Source: an uncultured Methanoregulaceae archaeon
Lineage (GTDB): Archaea; Halobacteriota; Methanomicrobia; Methanomicrobiales; Methanospirillaceae
DNA length: 64,000 bases
NCBI GenBank assembly: GCA_963717525.1
Contig: OY970343.1
Span: forward strand, 2,048,001 to 2,112,000
Direction: 5' to 3'
In this document: one piece after another, positions 39,771 to 51,914 of the stretch
How positions within the stretch are numbered: position 1 is the stretch's first letter
Layout: every line of letters starts with the position of its first letter
The notes under the pieces: model-generated
Databases searched by the model: none
What the model was told of the DNA's origin: nothing
Seen by the model: the letters and a program-made list of their open reading frames with translations, nothing else
Translations under genes and position numbers: made by a program

Positions 39771-41483
39771 ATGGCACTTTCAGAATTTTTTACCAGACTC
39801 AAAGAACACCGGTCCCGGGCTGGGGTGGCCACGGAGGATGCAGGTCTTTCACAGCCGCCGGAGGGGGGTGCCGGCACCGTTCTCCTCTCGTCCGGTAAAC
39901 GCGAGGCCAGCTACCGGTATTATTTCCGGTTTCTCAGGACCCGCGAGAAGATCCCGGACGAGGAGTATGATCCTGCCCGGCATGGCCCTCTCGTGAGCGC
40001 CGAGGTTCCCGCAGGGTACGAGCTGCTCGACCAGTACTGGATCGAGGAGGGCCGGACGCTGGTGTATATCGCCCTCAACCGGAAGACAAACCAGACCGAG
40101 TATCTCCTTTTCGAACCGCCACTGTCGGAGTTTGAGTACGAGCTTCTCGAACGCCTCCACGAGGATCTCCTTGACGTTTTGATCCTGACCTCAGACGAGA
40201 TCAAAAAGGACCGCAAAAAGATCCTGCTTGCAAAGGTGCATGGCCTCCTTGACGATTACGGCCTGGTCCTTGACCAGTCCACGCTTTTCAAGATCGAATA
40301 TTACCTGATACGGAACTTCATCGGCTGGTCACGGATCGATCCGCTGATGAAGGACCCCAATCTCGAGGATATATCGTGCGACGGCAGCCGGGTCCCGCTC
40401 TTTTTGTACCACCGGAAACACCGGAACATCAAGACCAACATCGCGTTCGAATCCGATGTCCTCAACTCGCTCGCCATCACGCTTGCCCAGCGCTCGGGAA
40501 AACACATCTCGAGCGGCTCTCCGATGCTGGATGCGACCCTCCCTGACGGCTCCCGTCTCCAGCTCACACTTGGGACCGAGGTAACCACCCGTGGCACCTC
40601 GTTTACCATCAGGAAGTTCAGGGAAGACCCGTTTTCACCGATCGAGCTCATGGAGTACGGCACGTTTTCGAGCGATGAACTTGCCTATTTCTGGCTGGCC
40701 ATAGAAAACGGCATGAGCCTGCTCTTCATCGGCGGGACTGCATCCGGGAAAACCACGTCTCTCAACGCCGTTTCCCTCTTTATCCCTCCTATCGCGAAGG
40801 TTGTCAGCATCGAGGACACGCGGGAGATCACGCTCTATCACGACAACTGGATCGCAAGCGTCACCCGCGATGCGCTTACCGAGGGTGGCAACGCCATCAA
40901 TATGTTCGATCTCCTCCGTGCCGCCATGAGGCAGCGGCCCGAGTACATCATTGTCGGTGAAGTTCGTGGTCCCGAGGCGCAGACGCTCTTCCAGGCGATG
41001 AACACCGGCCACACCACGTTCTCCACCATGCATGCCGGCAGCATCGATGCGGCCATCCACCGGCTGGAGAACGAACCCCTCAACGTTCCGCGTAATATGG
41101 TCCAGGCATTAAACATTATCAGCGTCCAGGCGCTCATCTACCGGGGGACGGAGAGGGTGCGCCGGGTCCAGGAAGTCGTTGAGGTTGCCGGGATCGATCC
41201 GGCGACGGGGAACCTCCGGGTCAACAATGTCTTTGAGTACGACCCGGTCCATGACCGCACCAGCTATACCGGCCGATCGCAGATTTACAATACGATCGCG
41301 GCAAAACGGGGCTGGACACGGGAAGAGCTCGAAACCGAGATCGCGGTGAGGAAAGGCCTGCTCGATGCGATGCAGACACAGGGCATCCGGGACTATATTT
41401 CGGCCGCATCGCTCTTCCACAATTATAATATCAACCGTGCGGACGTGCTTGCCCACAGCGACGATCTCAGACAGGTACTCTGA
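39771..41483 (+). CDS. Type IV pilus/T2SS assembly ATPase (PilB/ArlI-like)
   Basis: GGTASGKTT, SIEDTRE, RQRPEYIIVGEVRG, TGH..FSTMHA. Confidence 0.92.
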   Translation: MALSEFFTRLKEHRSRAGVATEDAGLSQPPEGGAGTVLLSSGKREASYRYYFRFLRTREKIPDEEYDPARHGPLVSAEVPAGYELLDQYWIEEGRTLVYIALNRKTNQTEYLLFEPPLSEFEYELLERLHEDLLDVLILTSDEIKKDRKKILLAKVHGLLDDYGLVLDQSTLFKIEYYLIRNFIGWSRIDPLMKDPNLEDISCDGSRVPLFLYHRKHRNIKTNIAFESDVLNSLAITLAQRSGKHISSGSPMLDATLPDGSRLQLTLGTEVTTRGTSFTIRKFREDPFSPIELMEYGTFSSDELAYFWLAIENGMSLLFIGGTASGKTTSLNAVSLFIPPIAKVVSIEDTREITLYHDNWIASVTRDALTEGGNAINMFDLLRAAMRQRPEYIIVGEVRGPEAQTLFQAMNTGHTTFSTMHAGSIDAAIHRLENEPLNVPRNMVQALNIISVQALIYRGTERVRRVQEVVEVAGIDPATGNLRVNNVFEYDPVHDRTSYTGRSQIYNTIAAKRGWTREELETEIAVRKGLLDAMQTQGIRDYISAASLFHNYNINRADVLAHSDDLRQVL

Positions 41484-43415
41484 TGAACGTCCGGCATTCC
41501 CTCCAGAAATGGCTGCTGCGAGATCCAATCCGGTACCATGGCATCCACGCCGATCTTGTCTCGTCCCGGTCCGGCCTTACACTCGAACAGTACCTCTGGA
41601 AGTCCATCAGGATATCGATTGTATCCGGCATCCTCTTTGCGATTCTCGGGTACATGGTCAGTGAGTTTTTTGCCCAGGAGGTCCGGTCCGGGAAAGGTGT
41701 CTATAATGTCCTCAACCTCCAGCTGCCCGGGAGTCTCACCCTCCTTTCCAGTCCGACAGTGGTGGTCTCGGCGAGCGTTGTCGTCTCGTTTGCCGTGGGG
41801 GCGTACATCACCTTCCTTCTTCTGCTCCGGCTCCCCCGCATCGAGAAGAATAACCGGAGCGTTAAGATCAACCTGACGCTGCACAACGCAGTCGCCTACA
41901 TGTACGCGATGCGCCGGGGCGGGGCGGAGCTGATGACAATCTTTTATGCCATCTCCGAGAACGCTCCTATCTATGGCGAGGTCGCGCTCGAGTTCCGGCA
42001 GATCACCCGGGATGTCGACTATTTCGGATCCGACGTCCTCACTGCCATCCGGCACCTCTCCGAGACGACACCATCGTCAAAGCTCAAGGATTTCCTTGAA
42101 GACCTCCTCTCCGTTATCGGGGGCGGGGGAGATCTCTCGGAATTCCTTGCAAGCCGGGTGAGGCTGTACCAGGAAGAGGCACGCTTCGAACAGAAACAGT
42201 TTTTAACTATTCTCTCCATGGTGGCGGAGTCGTACGTCACTCTCTTTGTCGCCGGCCCGCTGTTCTTGATCATCATCATGGTAGTTATGGGCATGCTGGG
42301 CGGTTCGGCAGTCCTCCAGCTCTCGCTGGTTATCTATGCGATCATGCCTATCGGGTCGCTGATCTTTATCCTGCTCATCGATCTCATCTCCGGGGAGAGC
42401 GGAGAAGGCCGAGCGGTTTGTCCGGGCAAAGGAGCTCAACACCTACGCAGACGTCCAGCGGATCAAAAAGACCGGGGAAAAACCGCTCTTTGACCAGCTC
42501 GGGAAGTACGACAAGATACGGACGCTGACCAATTACATCAGCCACCCATTCGAGAGTTTTGTCAACGATGTCAACCACACCCTCTATATCACCGTCCCGG
42601 TGGCGATCATCTATCTCATACTGGTTATCGAAAACATCCCCTACTATGCAGACCCGGAACTCTTCATCGAAGTGATCAACGCCCATATCGTCATTGCCCT
42701 CCTGATCGTCCTTGTCCCCTACGCGATCTTCTACGAGATCTGGGCCCGGAAGGTCAAGGGGATCCAGGTCATGATCCCGGACTTCCTGGAACGGATGGCC
42801 GGCATCAACCGTGTCGGCCTGACGATCGCGCAGGCCATCGGGATCATGGTCAACACCAACCTCGGCCTCCTCAGCTACGAGATCCGGCGAATTAAGCGGG
42901 ATATGGACTGGGGGGCGAATTTCTCCGAGGCGCTAATGCGTTTTGAACAGCGGATCAGCACGGCGTCCATCGCCCGGACAGTGACGCTGATCACAAAGGC
43001 AAGCGAGATGAGCGGACAGATCGGGGAGGTGCTCGCCATTGCTGCAAGCGATGCAAAGATGAGCGAAACCCTCAAGAAGGAGCGCCTCGCCGAGATGTTT
43101 ATCTATACTGCGATCGTCTACCTCTCGTTCTTCGTCTTCCTCTTTGTCGTCGCCGTGCTTACTACCCAGTTCCTGCCGGTACTTGCCCACATCGGGACAA
43201 CCGGGATCTCCGGGGCCGGCCCACTCTCCGGGATCGGTTCAGTGCCGGTCAAGGCATTTGACCGGCTCCTCTACCATGCCTGCCTGATCCAGGCGCTCTT
43301 CTCGGGCCTGATCGCCGGCCAGATGGGGGAGGCCTCACTTGCTGCCGGGGTCAAGCACTCCTGTATCCTTTTGATCATCGCCCTTGTCACATTCAGTTTC
43401 ATCATCGTCATCTGA
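41483..43415 (+). CDS. Type IV pilus membrane platform protein (TadC/ArlJ-like, two T2SSF domains), +1 frameshift near 42393
   Basis: Removing one G from ctccggggag gives LISGRAEKAERFV... and joins ORFs 41483-42493 and 42600-43415. Confidence 0.85.
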
Positions 43416-43524
43416 CTGCACCGGATCCGGCTTCCCGTTCATGCACCCGCGAAAGACTCTTCCGGCGGGCGTAAACAAACATAAATAAGAGAATGGGGAG
43501 ATAGGGTAGTGAGGTGATTGGTGC

Positions 43525-43680
43525 ATGTGTAGTGTTGGCGGACCAACGGATATCGATCTCCCTCCTGACCGGGTCACGACAAAAGATTACCGGTGCAAGG
43601 AATGCGGCGAACGGTTCAAGGGGATCGGCAAACGGCCCATGTGTCCCTCCTGCCAGTCCGAAGATGTAACCGAGCTATGA
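43525..43680 (+). CDS. Small Zn-ribbon protein (51 aa, below the ORF-track cutoff)
   Basis: MCSVGGPTDIDLPPDRVTTKDYRCKECGERFKGIGKRPMCPSCQSEDVTEL. GAGGTGA RBS. Stop overlaps the next ATG. Confidence 0.8.
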   Translation: MCSVGGPTDIDLPPDRVTTKDYRCKECGERFKGIGKRPMCPSCQSEDVTEL

Positions 43681-44141
43681 ACGATTCCGCCTGCGACGAC
43701 GTCCTGCTCGTGAAAGGCGCCCACTCTTTTCTCCTTGTTGCACCGGTCAGCGAGGATTTTCCGCTGTGTATTGAAGCGAGTCTCGAAGAATATATCCAGG
43801 GAGTCCATGCCGGCGACGTGGTAGTGGTATCCGCCCCCGGGGGTGGCCCGGTCGAACCTGCCCTGATGCTCCTTGCGCTGGTCAGGACATATCACCTTCC
43901 GCTTATCGTCCTTCCCCGCAACCACCCGGGATCAAAACGGATCCCCTACGTGGTCTCGGTAGCCCCTGAAATCCAGACCAGCTGCTCGATCGTGCGGGGG
44001 ACGCACCCGGAGCAGCACCTTGTCTGTTCATCCGATGAACTTGCCGGCCTGACTATCCGCATGACCCGGGACGGCATAACGATCGCGCCGCTTCCAGCAA
44101 CGCTCACGCTGGAACGGCTCCACCCGGGCATGAGCTGCTGA
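43677..44141 (+). CDS. Hypothetical protein
   Basis: ATGA coupling to the Zn-ribbon gene. 154 aa, containing CSIVRGTHPEQHLVC. Confidence 0.65.
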   Translation: MNDSACDDVLLVKGAHSFLLVAPVSEDFPLCIEASLEEYIQGVHAGDVVVVSAPGGGPVEPALMLLALVRTYHLPLIVLPRNHPGSKRIPYVVSVAPEIQTSCSIVRGTHPEQHLVCSSDELAGLTIRMTRDGITIAPLPATLTLERLHPGMSC

Positions 44142-44263
44142 TTTTCCTTCTGGCACTTTTTCCCGGAGTGTTTCTCCTCTTAAAAACAGACATGAGAACG
44201 TAAATAACAATACATATATTGTGATTTTCACCAAGTATTGTACTGCCGTGAGTGGAGGGTTGG

Positions 44264-44594
44264 ATGAAAACTGAGGTCCTAAACGACATCAAGAAAACTG
44301 AAGTCTGAGTATCAGTCGATGATCAGTACGGCGCAGGAAGAAAAGAAGAAACGACATGCCCATGCCGAGCTGGAAGCTGATAACCTGATAAACAAGGCGC
44401 AGAGCAATGCTGAACAATACAAGAAGCTGAAACTGGAAGAAGCACGGCACCAGGCAGCACAAAAGCACACTGAAATCCTCAAAGAAGGCAATCAGCGTTC
44501 AGCGGCATTGAAAGAGAAGGGCACAAAGAACCTCTCAAAGGCAGTGCAGCTGCTGGTATCGCGGTTTAAGGAGCAGCTGCATGTTAACGGCTAA
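44264..44594 (+). CDS. atpH: A1A0 ATP synthase subunit H, +1 frameshift near 44304
   Basis: MKTEVLNDIKKTE then (A)EYQSMISTAQEE... after removing one base. First gene of the operon, GGAGG RBS. Confidence 0.8.
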
Positions 44595-46551
44595 ACCGAT
44601 GAGCCGTGTGCTCATCGTCGCCTCGCGTGACCAGGCGGTACCTATCATACAGGAACTGTACCGCGGCAACCTGTTCCATATTGAAGACTACGTGGAGCAG
44701 GGTCGCGAGGGATACGAGGGTTTTAAGATCGGTACGCCGCTTGAAGGGGCTACGGAGGCATCCACCGAGCTTATCAAGGTCAGGGCCATCGAGAATGTCT
44801 TTGCCATCCGTGGCGAGGACATCGAGGCAAAAGAAAAACTGGGCCTGCCTCAGATCCGTTCGCAGATCGAAAAAGATCTCCCCGGCATCGAAAAAGAGGT
44901 CGAGGAACTGGCAGGCGCACGCTCGAAACTTGACTCGAAGGTGAAGGAGTACGAGCAGAAAATTGCTGAACTCACACCGTTTTTAGAGATCCCGGTGGAT
45001 CTTGCACTCCTGAAGGGGTTCCGGCATTTCTCTGTCCTCGCCGGTTACGTGAACCGCAACGTGTCCCTTACTGTCCCGCACGAGATGCAGGTGGTAAAGG
45101 GCAAGGACCGGTCGTTTGTGCTCGCAATTGTCCCGGAGAAGAACCGGGCCGAGGCAGAAAGGCTCCTTCAGGATGCGCAGTTCCAGGCAGTCACCATCCC
45201 GGAAGAGAACGGTACTGCCCCGGCACGCACCGCGTATTATACGGAGCAGATCGCAGCGCTGAAAAAAGATATTGATGCGATCAACATAAAACTCGCGGCG
45301 ATCAAGGAGTCCCATACCGGCCTCCTGGTTGCATGTGAGGAAGCGTTCCGGGCAAAGATCGAGCAGGCCGAGGCCCCCTTACGATTTGCCACGACCTCTA
45401 AGGTATTTGTGGCAGAGGGCTGGGTTCCGGCTGACCGCACCAAAGGCGTCAGCGAGGCACTGGACAAGGCGACCGGCGGGAAGGTCTTTGTCACCGAACT
45501 CCCCGTCGACCCGGTGCATGATGCGGTCCCGGTGGAGTACAACAACCCGTCGTTTGCAAAGCCCGCACAGATGCTCATGGATATTTACTCCCGCCCGATG
45601 TACACGGAAGTAGACCCGACGCTGATGCTGGCCATCGTGTTCCCGATCTTCTTCGGGCTCATCCTCGGGGATGTCGGGTACGGCATTCTGCTCCTTATCA
45701 TGTGCTTTGCGCTTCGCAGGGTGCTCAAGGGTGACGATGCCCGCGAATTTCTTGTGGTGCTCAGGAATGCAAGTATATCGAGCATCATCTTTGGTATCCT
45801 GTTCAGCGAATTTTTAGGATTCGAACTGCCCTGGGCACCGATCATCTTCAGCCGGCACCTCAACATCGGGGGAACGGAGGCGGCCGGGCAGGGACCTGCC
45901 ATTGCCGAACTGATGGTTCTTGCCATCTGGATTGGAATCCTGCATATCACGCTCGGGCGGGCGCTGGGCATGATCAACCATGCACGCCAGGATCACGGGG
46001 CACACCGGGTCAAGGCTGTCCTTGCAAACCTCGGATGGATCACCGTTATGTGGGGTATCCTCATTGGCATCTGGTCAATGTTTGCGCTTCCCTTAATGCC
46101 GGACCTGAGCAAGCTTCCCGTTGTTGCAGGGCTTCCAGCCGGTCTTGTTGTCGCCGCCGTCCTTATCGTGATGGGTATCCTCTTCATCGTACGGGACGCG
46201 GTTCTTGAGATCGTCGAACTCCCGACCATTATTTCGCACGTGCTGTCATATGCACGTCTGGTGGCTGTCGGCCTTTCATCCGTGGCCATCGCGATGGTCG
46301 TCAACTACATGTCCATCGGGATGTTCATCGGCCCCGGACTGAAAAATCTCTCGATTCTTGGAATTGTTCTCATTATTGTCGGTGTCATGGTCTTTTTAAT
46401 CGGACATGCGTTCAATCTGGCACTGGGTATTCTGGGTGGCGGACTCCACTCAATCAGGTTACACTACGTCGAATTCTTCACCAAATTCTATAAAGGTGGA
46501 GGCAGGAAGTATATTCCCTTTGGAATGAAACGAAGATTTACGGAGGATTAG
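44581..46551 (+). CDS. atpI: A1A0 ATP synthase subunit I (a)
   Basis: EVDPT, FFG..LGDVGYG, SYARL, HSIRLHYVEFF.KFY. Confidence 0.95.
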   Translation: MLTAKPMSRVLIVASRDQAVPIIQELYRGNLFHIEDYVEQGREGYEGFKIGTPLEGATEASTELIKVRAIENVFAIRGEDIEAKEKLGLPQIRSQIEKDLPGIEKEVEELAGARSKLDSKVKEYEQKIAELTPFLEIPVDLALLKGFRHFSVLAGYVNRNVSLTVPHEMQVVKGKDRSFVLAIVPEKNRAEAERLLQDAQFQAVTIPEENGTAPARTAYYTEQIAALKKDIDAINIKLAAIKESHTGLLVACEEAFRAKIEQAEAPLRFATTSKVFVAEGWVPADRTKGVSEALDKATGGKVFVTELPVDPVHDAVPVEYNNPSFAKPAQMLMDIYSRPMYTEVDPTLMLAIVFPIFFGLILGDVGYGILLLIMCFALRRVLKGDDAREFLVVLRNASISSIIFGILFSEFLGFELPWAPIIFSRHLNIGGTEAAGQGPAIAELMVLAIWIGILHITLGRALGMINHARQDHGAHRVKAVLANLGWITVMWGILIGIWSMFALPLMPDLSKLPVVAGLPAGLVVAAVLIVMGILFIVRDAVLEIVELPTIISHVLSYARLVAVGLSSVAIAMVVNYMSIGMFIGPGLKNLSILGIVLIIVGVMVFLIGHAFNLALGILGGGLHSIRLHYVEFFTKFYKGGGRKYIPFGMKRRFTED

Positions 46552-46554
46552 ATT

Positions 46555-46803
46555 ATGGCAGACGTTAACATGACTCTTGATATGGTACAGGCATCGCAGG
46601 TTGGAATGAAGGCAATCGGAGCCGCTCTTGCTGTTGGTCTCACCGGTCTTGGTACCGGTGTCGCCGAGATGGGCATAGGGGCTGCCGCTGTCGGCGCAAG
46701 CGCGGAGAACAAGGACTTTTTCGGTCTGGGCCTGCTCTTTACGGTCATTCCTGAAACCATCGTCATCTTCGGTCTTGTCATTGCACTTCTGCTCCTGTTC
46801 TAA
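46555..46803 (+). CDS. atpK: A1A0 ATP synthase subunit K (c), single hairpin
   Basis: GAALAVGL.G, AEMGIG, IPETIVIFG. Confidence 0.93.
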   Translation: MADVNMTLDMVQASQVGMKAIGAALAVGLTGLGTGVAEMGIGAAAVGASAENKDFFGLGLLFTVIPETIVIFGLVIALLLLF

Positions 46804-46814
46804 AGAGGCAGACA

Positions 46815-47391
46815 ATGGGACTGGAAGCAGGTACTGGAAGAGATCAGGGAAAAAGGCAAAAAGGAAGCGGATGCGATCCGTGCCGAGTCCACTGCGGACT
46901 CTGATCGGATCCTTGCAGAAGCAAACCGGAAAGTTGGCGGGATCAAGACAGAAGCCGAGGAGGCATCAGCAAAACAGGCGTCCCGGATGATCGCCCAGGA
47001 GATCTCGGCGGCAAACCTCCTTGTCAAGCGCGAAATCCTCAACACGCAGAAAGGGCTCCTTGATGATGTGTACGAGGGCACCCGGAAAGAAATTGCCAAA
47101 CTCCCTGAGAGCTTCCATCGCGAAGCCATCAAAAAACTCCTTACAGAAGCAAAAAAGGAGATCCCCCGGGGCAGTATCCACTGTAACGCACGTGATGTAG
47201 GGGCAGCAAAAGTTGTCCTTGCCGAGAAGGAATTCTCCGGCTATACCTTGGGCGAACCAGTCGATATCGACGGCGGGATCCTGATCGAAGGCGAAGGAGG
47301 CGAGCTGCAGATCGATTACAGCTACCGCACCTTCATGAACAAAGTATGGGAATCCGGGCTCAAGGATGCATCTGATCTCCTCTTCGGATAG
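46815..47391 (+). CDS. atpE: A1A0 ATP synthase subunit E, +1 frameshift near 46830
   Basis: MGLEA-[g]-VLEEIREKG. C-terminal IDGGIL...IDYSY. Confidence 0.88.
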
Positions 47392-47403
47392 GGCGGTACA
47401 GGT

Positions 47404-48459
47404 ATGGCAGGGATGAAAGGCATTTCAGCGCCCACTATCTACGTCTGTACCAGGATGCGGGTGAGGAAGTCAAAGCTTCTGCCCCGCGAAGAGTACCAGC
47501 GAATGCTCAACATGAGCCTTCCCGAGATTACCCGTATCATCGAAGAGACATCCTATAAGCAGGAGATCGACGAGCTGAGCACTACCTTTAAGGGGATCGA
47601 CCTCATTGAGGTGGCCTTAAGCTGGAACCTTGCAAAGGAGTACCAGCAGATCCAGGAGATCACGCCGGGAACCCTCAAGCAGTTCACCCGGGCGTACCTC
47701 CGTTACTGGGATATCCAGAACGTGCTCACCATCCTCCGCGGCAAGTCGCAGGGGGAGAAAGCTGGCAGGATAAAGGAAGTCCTTGTTCCGGCAGGGAGCC
47801 TTGACAAGGTCGTGCTCGACCGGCTCCTTGCCGAGGACAACCCGGACCGTGTCATCGAGGCCCTCAAGGGGCGCCGGCTCTACCCGGTGCTCGCCCGCGA
47901 GTACCAGGTAGCAAAAGAGACCGGTTCGTTTGCCCGGATGGAGAATGAGCTGTACAAGCAGTTCTACGCGGAGATCATCGCGGAATCCAGTGGCGGGGTT
48001 CCCGGGGGCCGGCTGTTCCTTGCCTTCGTCCGGCTGGATATCGACAGTAAAAACATCCTGACGCTCTTCCGGTTGCGGGCCGACAAGACCCAGGAAGATG
48101 CAAAGGAGATGTATATCACCGGCGGAACGATCACCGCGGCAGATTTTGCTGCGTTGAACACGATCCAGGACTACCGGGAGTTTACCGACCAGCTCAGGGC
48201 AAAGGTCCGGACCAAACCGGTGGTTGAACTCTTAAAAGGTCTGGAGACGGAACAGCCGGTTCATGATATTGCATCGCTTCTTGTGCGGGTGCAGATGGAA
48301 CAGATGGAGACACTCTCCAAGCGTAACCCCTTCTCCATCTACCCGATTCTCGTGTATCTCGAGAAGAAGAAGTATGAAGTGTTCAACCTCCGGGCACTGG
48401 CACGGGGGAAGGAATCCAAGCTCTCCCCGGAGATGATCGGGAAATACCTGGTGATGTAA
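47404..48459 (+). CDS. atpC: A1A0 ATP synthase subunit C
   Basis: YVCTRMR...[18 protein letters not shown] and operon position. Confidence 0.9.
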   Translation: MAGMKGISAPTIYVCTRMRVRKSKLLPREEYQRMLNMSLPEITRIIEETSYKQEIDELSTTFKGIDLIEVALSWNLAKEYQQIQEITPGTLKQFTRAYLRYWDIQNVLTILRGKSQGEKAGRIKEVLVPAGSLDKVVLDRLLAEDNPDRVIEALKGRRLYPVLAREYQVAKETGSFARMENELYKQFYAEIIAESSGGVPGGRLFLAFVRLDIDSKNILTLFRLRADKTQEDAKEMYITGGTITAADFAALNTIQDYREFTDQLRAKVRTKPVVELLKGLETEQPVHDIASLLVRVQMEQMETLSKRNPFSIYPILVYLEKKKYEVFNLRALARGKESKLSPEMIGKYLVM

Positions 48460-48460
48460 C

Positions 48461-48763
48461 ATGGAGATTGCAGTCATCGGCAACAGCGAGTTCATTCTCG
48501 GGTTCCGCCTTGCGGGCATCCGCAAGACCTATGCAGCGGAAAACGACGAGAAGCTCAACGAGTGCATCGCCAGCGTCCTTGCGGACGGACAGGTGGGAAT
48601 CCTGGTATTAAACAGCAGCGACATGGAAAGGCTTCCGCGCCGGCTCCGCGCTACGCTTGATAATTCCGTCAAGCCGACGGTGATTGCTCTCGGCGGCGAA
48701 GAAGGGGGGCTGTCCATGAGAGAGAAAATCAAGAGATCGGTGGGTGTTGATCTGTGGAAATGA
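48461..48763 (+). CDS. atpF: A1A0 ATP synthase subunit F
   Basis: IAVIG...[16 protein letters not shown]. Confidence 0.93.
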   Translation: MEIAVIGNSEFILGFRLAGIRKTYAAENDEKLNECIASVLADGQVGILVLNSSDMERLPRRLRATLDNSVKPTVIALGGEEGGLSMREKIKRSVGVDLWK

Positions 48764-50520
48764 AGAGTGAAAAAACCAAAGAGGCAAAACAGGGCGTTCT
48801 CAAAAGGATCGCCGGCCCCGTAGTTACGGCAGTCAATCTTGACGCCCACATGTACGATGTGGTCAAGGTCGGAAAGGAAGCGCTGATGGGTGAGGTCATC
48901 AAGATCCAGGGCGAGAATACCATTATCCAGGTATACGAGGACACTTCGGGTATCAGGCCCGGCGAGCCGGTCGTCAACACGGGGCTCTCGCTCGCAGTTG
49001 AGCTCGGCCCCGGGCTCCTCACCAGTATCTATGATGGTATCCAGCGCCCGCTCTCTGTCCTTGTGGAGAAGATGGGAAATTTCATCGAGCGCGGTGTCAC
49101 TGCGCCGGGTCTTTCCCATGAGAAGAAGTGGACATTCAAGCCGCTTGTAAAGACCGGCGACAAGGTTGAACCGGGCGCGATCCTCGGCGAAGTGCAGGAG
49201 ACCAACATCGTCCACAGGGTTATGCTCCCGCCCAACGCGAAGGCAGGCGTGGTAAAGACCATCAGGAGCGGTGACTTCACCGTTGACGAGATCATCTGCA
49301 TTCTCGACGACGGCCGCGAGTACCCGATGATCCAGCGCTGGCCGGTTCGTGTTCCCCGCCCTGTCAGAGAGAAGAAGAACCCGACGATCCCGCTGATCAC
49401 CGGTCAACGTATTCTCGACGGCCTCTTCCCCATTGCAAAGGGTGGCACTGCCGCAATTCCCGGTCCGTTCGGGAGCGGCAAGACGGTCACCCAGCAGCAG
49501 CTGGCCAAATGGTCGGATGCCGAGATCGTGGTCTATATCGGTTGCGGTGAACGCGGCAATGAGATGACCGAAGTGCTCACCGAGTTCCCGCACCTCGAGG
49601 ACCCGAAGTCGGGTAAACCCCTCATGGAGCGGACGGTGCTCATCGCGAACACCTCGAACATGCCGGTGGCAGCCCGTGAAGCATCGGTCTATACCGGTAT
49701 CACGATCGCCGAGTATTTCCGTGATATGGGCTACGATGTCTCCCTGATGGCAGACTCGACCTCCCGCTGGGCAGAAGCCATGCGTGAGATCTCCAGCCGT
49801 CTTGAAGAGATGCCCGGCGAAGAAGGGTACCCGGCGTACCTTGCAGCCCGGCTCTCCGAATTCTACGAGCGTGCCGGTCTTGTTGAGACCCTGAACGGAG
49901 CATCCGGGTCGGTCTCGGTTATCGGGGCCGTATCTCCGCCCGGCGGTGACTTCTCGGAACCGGTTACCCAGAATACCCTGCGTATCGTCAAAGTCTTCTG
50001 GGCACTGGACGCAAAGCTCTCCCAGCGCCGGCACTTCCCGGCGATCAACTGGCTCAACTCGTATTCCCTGTACCTGGAATCCCTCCACGACTGGTACGAT
50101 AAGGAGGTTTCCCCTGACTGGAACAAACTCAGGTCATGGGCCATGGAAGTCCTCCAGAAAGAGGCAGAACTGCAGGAGATCGTGCAGCTCGTTGGATCCG
50201 ATGCCCTGCCGGAATCAGAACAGGTGACCATCGAAGTCGCCCGTATGATCCGTGAGATCTTCCTCCAGCAGAATGCCTACGACGCGGTTGACACCTTCTG
50301 CGACATGAAAAAGCAGTACGACATGATGAAGGCGATCAAGCTCTTCGCGGAGCTTGCCTACTCTGCCCAGATCGCCGGTGTCAGCCCGGCGCAGATCAAC
50401 GGTGTAAAGTCCAAGAACGAGCTGCCCCAGATCAAGTTCATTAAGGACTACAAGCCGGAACTCGCGAAGATCGAGAAGGATATGGACGCTGAGTTCAACA
50501 CACTGAGGTCGGCATCATGA
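48754..50520 (+). CDS. atpA: A1A0 ATP synthase subunit A
   Basis: [22 protein letters not shown]. No intein. Confidence 0.97.
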   Translation: MEMKSEKTKEAKQGVLKRIAGPVVTAVNLDAHMYDVVKVGKEALMGEVIKIQGENTIIQVYEDTSGIRPGEPVVNTGLSLAVELGPGLLTSIYDGIQRPLSVLVEKMGNFIERGVTAPGLSHEKKWTFKPLVKTGDKVEPGAILGEVQETNIVHRVMLPPNAKAGVVKTIRSGDFTVDEIICILDDGREYPMIQRWPVRVPRPVREKKNPTIPLITGQRILDGLFPIAKGGTAAIPGPFGSGKTVTQQQLAKWSDAEIVVYIGCGERGNEMTEVLTEFPHLEDPKSGKPLMERTVLIANTSNMPVAAREASVYTGITIAEYFRDMGYDVSLMADSTSRWAEAMREISSRLEEMPGEEGYPAYLAARLSEFYERAGLVETLNGASGSVSVIGAVSPPGGDFSEPVTQNTLRIVKVFWALDAKLSQRRHFPAINWLNSYSLYLESLHDWYDKEVSPDWNKLRSWAMEVLQKEAELQEIVQLVGSDALPESEQVTIEVARMIREIFLQQNAYDAVDTFCDMKKQYDMMKAIKLFAELAYSAQIAGVSPAQINGVKSKNELPQIKFIKDYKPELAKIEKDMDAEFNTLRSAS

Positions 50521-51905
50521 AGGAATACAGGACGATCACAAAGATTGCCGGTCCTCTCGTTTTCGTCGAGAAGACCGAGCCGATTGCCTACGGCGAACTC
50601 GTCAACATTGTCCTTTTCGATGGCACCACCAAGCGCGGCCAGGTACTGGACACGAGTGACGAACTGGTCGTTGTCCAGATCTTCGAGACCACCACCGGTA
50701 TCGGCAGGGACAGCGGCGTCCGGTTCACCGGCGAGACCATCAAGATGCCGGTGGGCAGGGAGATGCTTGGCCGTATCCTCTCAGGTGGCGGTAAGCCTAT
50801 CGATGGTGGCCCGGAGATTGTCCCGGAGAAACGCCTCGACATCACCGGCGCTGCGATCAACCCGTACGCCCGGGGCATGCCGGCCGATTTCATCCAGACC
50901 GGCGTCTCCACCATAGACGGCACCAACACCCTTGTCCGTGGCCAGAAGCTCCCGATCTTCTCGGGTGCAGGTCTCCCGCACAACAACGTGGCGCTGCAGA
51001 TCGCCCGGCAGGCAAAAGTACCCGGCTCGACCGAAAGTTTTGCTGTGGTCTTTGCCGCGATGGGGATCACCAAGGAAGAAGCGAACTACTTCATGCAGGA
51101 CTTCGAGCGCACGGGAGCTCTCGAACGCGCCGTCGTCTTCCTCAACCTTGCGGATGATCCAGCCGTCGAGCGTATCATTACTCCGCGGCTCGCTCTCACG
51201 ACTGCAGAGTACCTCGCCTTCGAGCTGGGTATGCATGTGCTTGTCATCCTCACGGATATGACGAACTACTGTGAAGCGCTCCGCCAGATTGGTGCCGCCC
51301 GTGAAGAAGTTCCAGGACGCCGTGGCTATCCCGGGTACATGTACACGGATCTCGCCTGTATCTACGAGCGTGCCGGTATGATCAAGGGCCAGAAGGGTTC
51401 GGTCACCCAGATCCCAATCCTGACCATGCCCGGTGACGATATCACCCACCCGATCCCTGACCTTACAGGATACATTACTGAAGGCCAGATCGTGGTCAAC
51501 CGTGATCTGCACCGCAAAGGTATCTACCCGCCCATCAACGTACTGCCCTCACTCTCCCGGCTGATGAACCTCGGTATCGGTAAGGGACACACCCGTGAAG
51601 ACCACAAGAAGGTCTCCGACCAGATGTATGCAGGGTACGCGGAAGGAAACGATCTCCGCGGCCTCGTTGCAATTGTCGGTAAGGACGCCCTTTCCGAGCG
51701 TGACCGGCTGCTGTTGGAGTTCGCTGACCTCTTCGAGAACCGTTTTGTCCGGCAGGGCTATGACGAAGACCGCACCATCGAGGACACCTTAAACCTCGGC
51801 TGGGACCTCCTCGCGACGCTGCCGGTCGAACAGCTCACCCGTATTGACCGCGATCTGATCAACAAGTACCACCCGAAGCTCAAGGCCGGTGCAAAGAAGG
51901 AGTAA
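50517..51905 (+). CDS. atpB: A1A0 ATP synthase subunit B
   Basis: [31 protein letters not shown]. Confidence 0.97.
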   Translation: MKEYRTITKIAGPLVFVEKTEPIAYGELVNIVLFDGTTKRGQVLDTSDELVVVQIFETTTGIGRDSGVRFTGETIKMPVGREMLGRILSGGGKPIDGGPEIVPEKRLDITGAAINPYARGMPADFIQTGVSTIDGTNTLVRGQKLPIFSGAGLPHNNVALQIARQAKVPGSTESFAVVFAAMGITKEEANYFMQDFERTGALERAVVFLNLADDPAVERIITPRLALTTAEYLAFELGMHVLVILTDMTNYCEALRQIGAAREEVPGRRGYPGYMYTDLACIYERAGMIKGQKGSVTQIPILTMPGDDITHPIPDLTGYITEGQIVVNRDLHRKGIYPPINVLPSLSRLMNLGIGKGHTREDHKKVSDQMYAGYAEGNDLRGLVAIVGKDALSERDRLLLEFADLFENRFVRQGYDEDRTIEDTLNLGWDLLATLPVEQLTRIDRDLINKYHPKLKAGAKKE

Positions 51906-51914
51906 GGGGTATCC

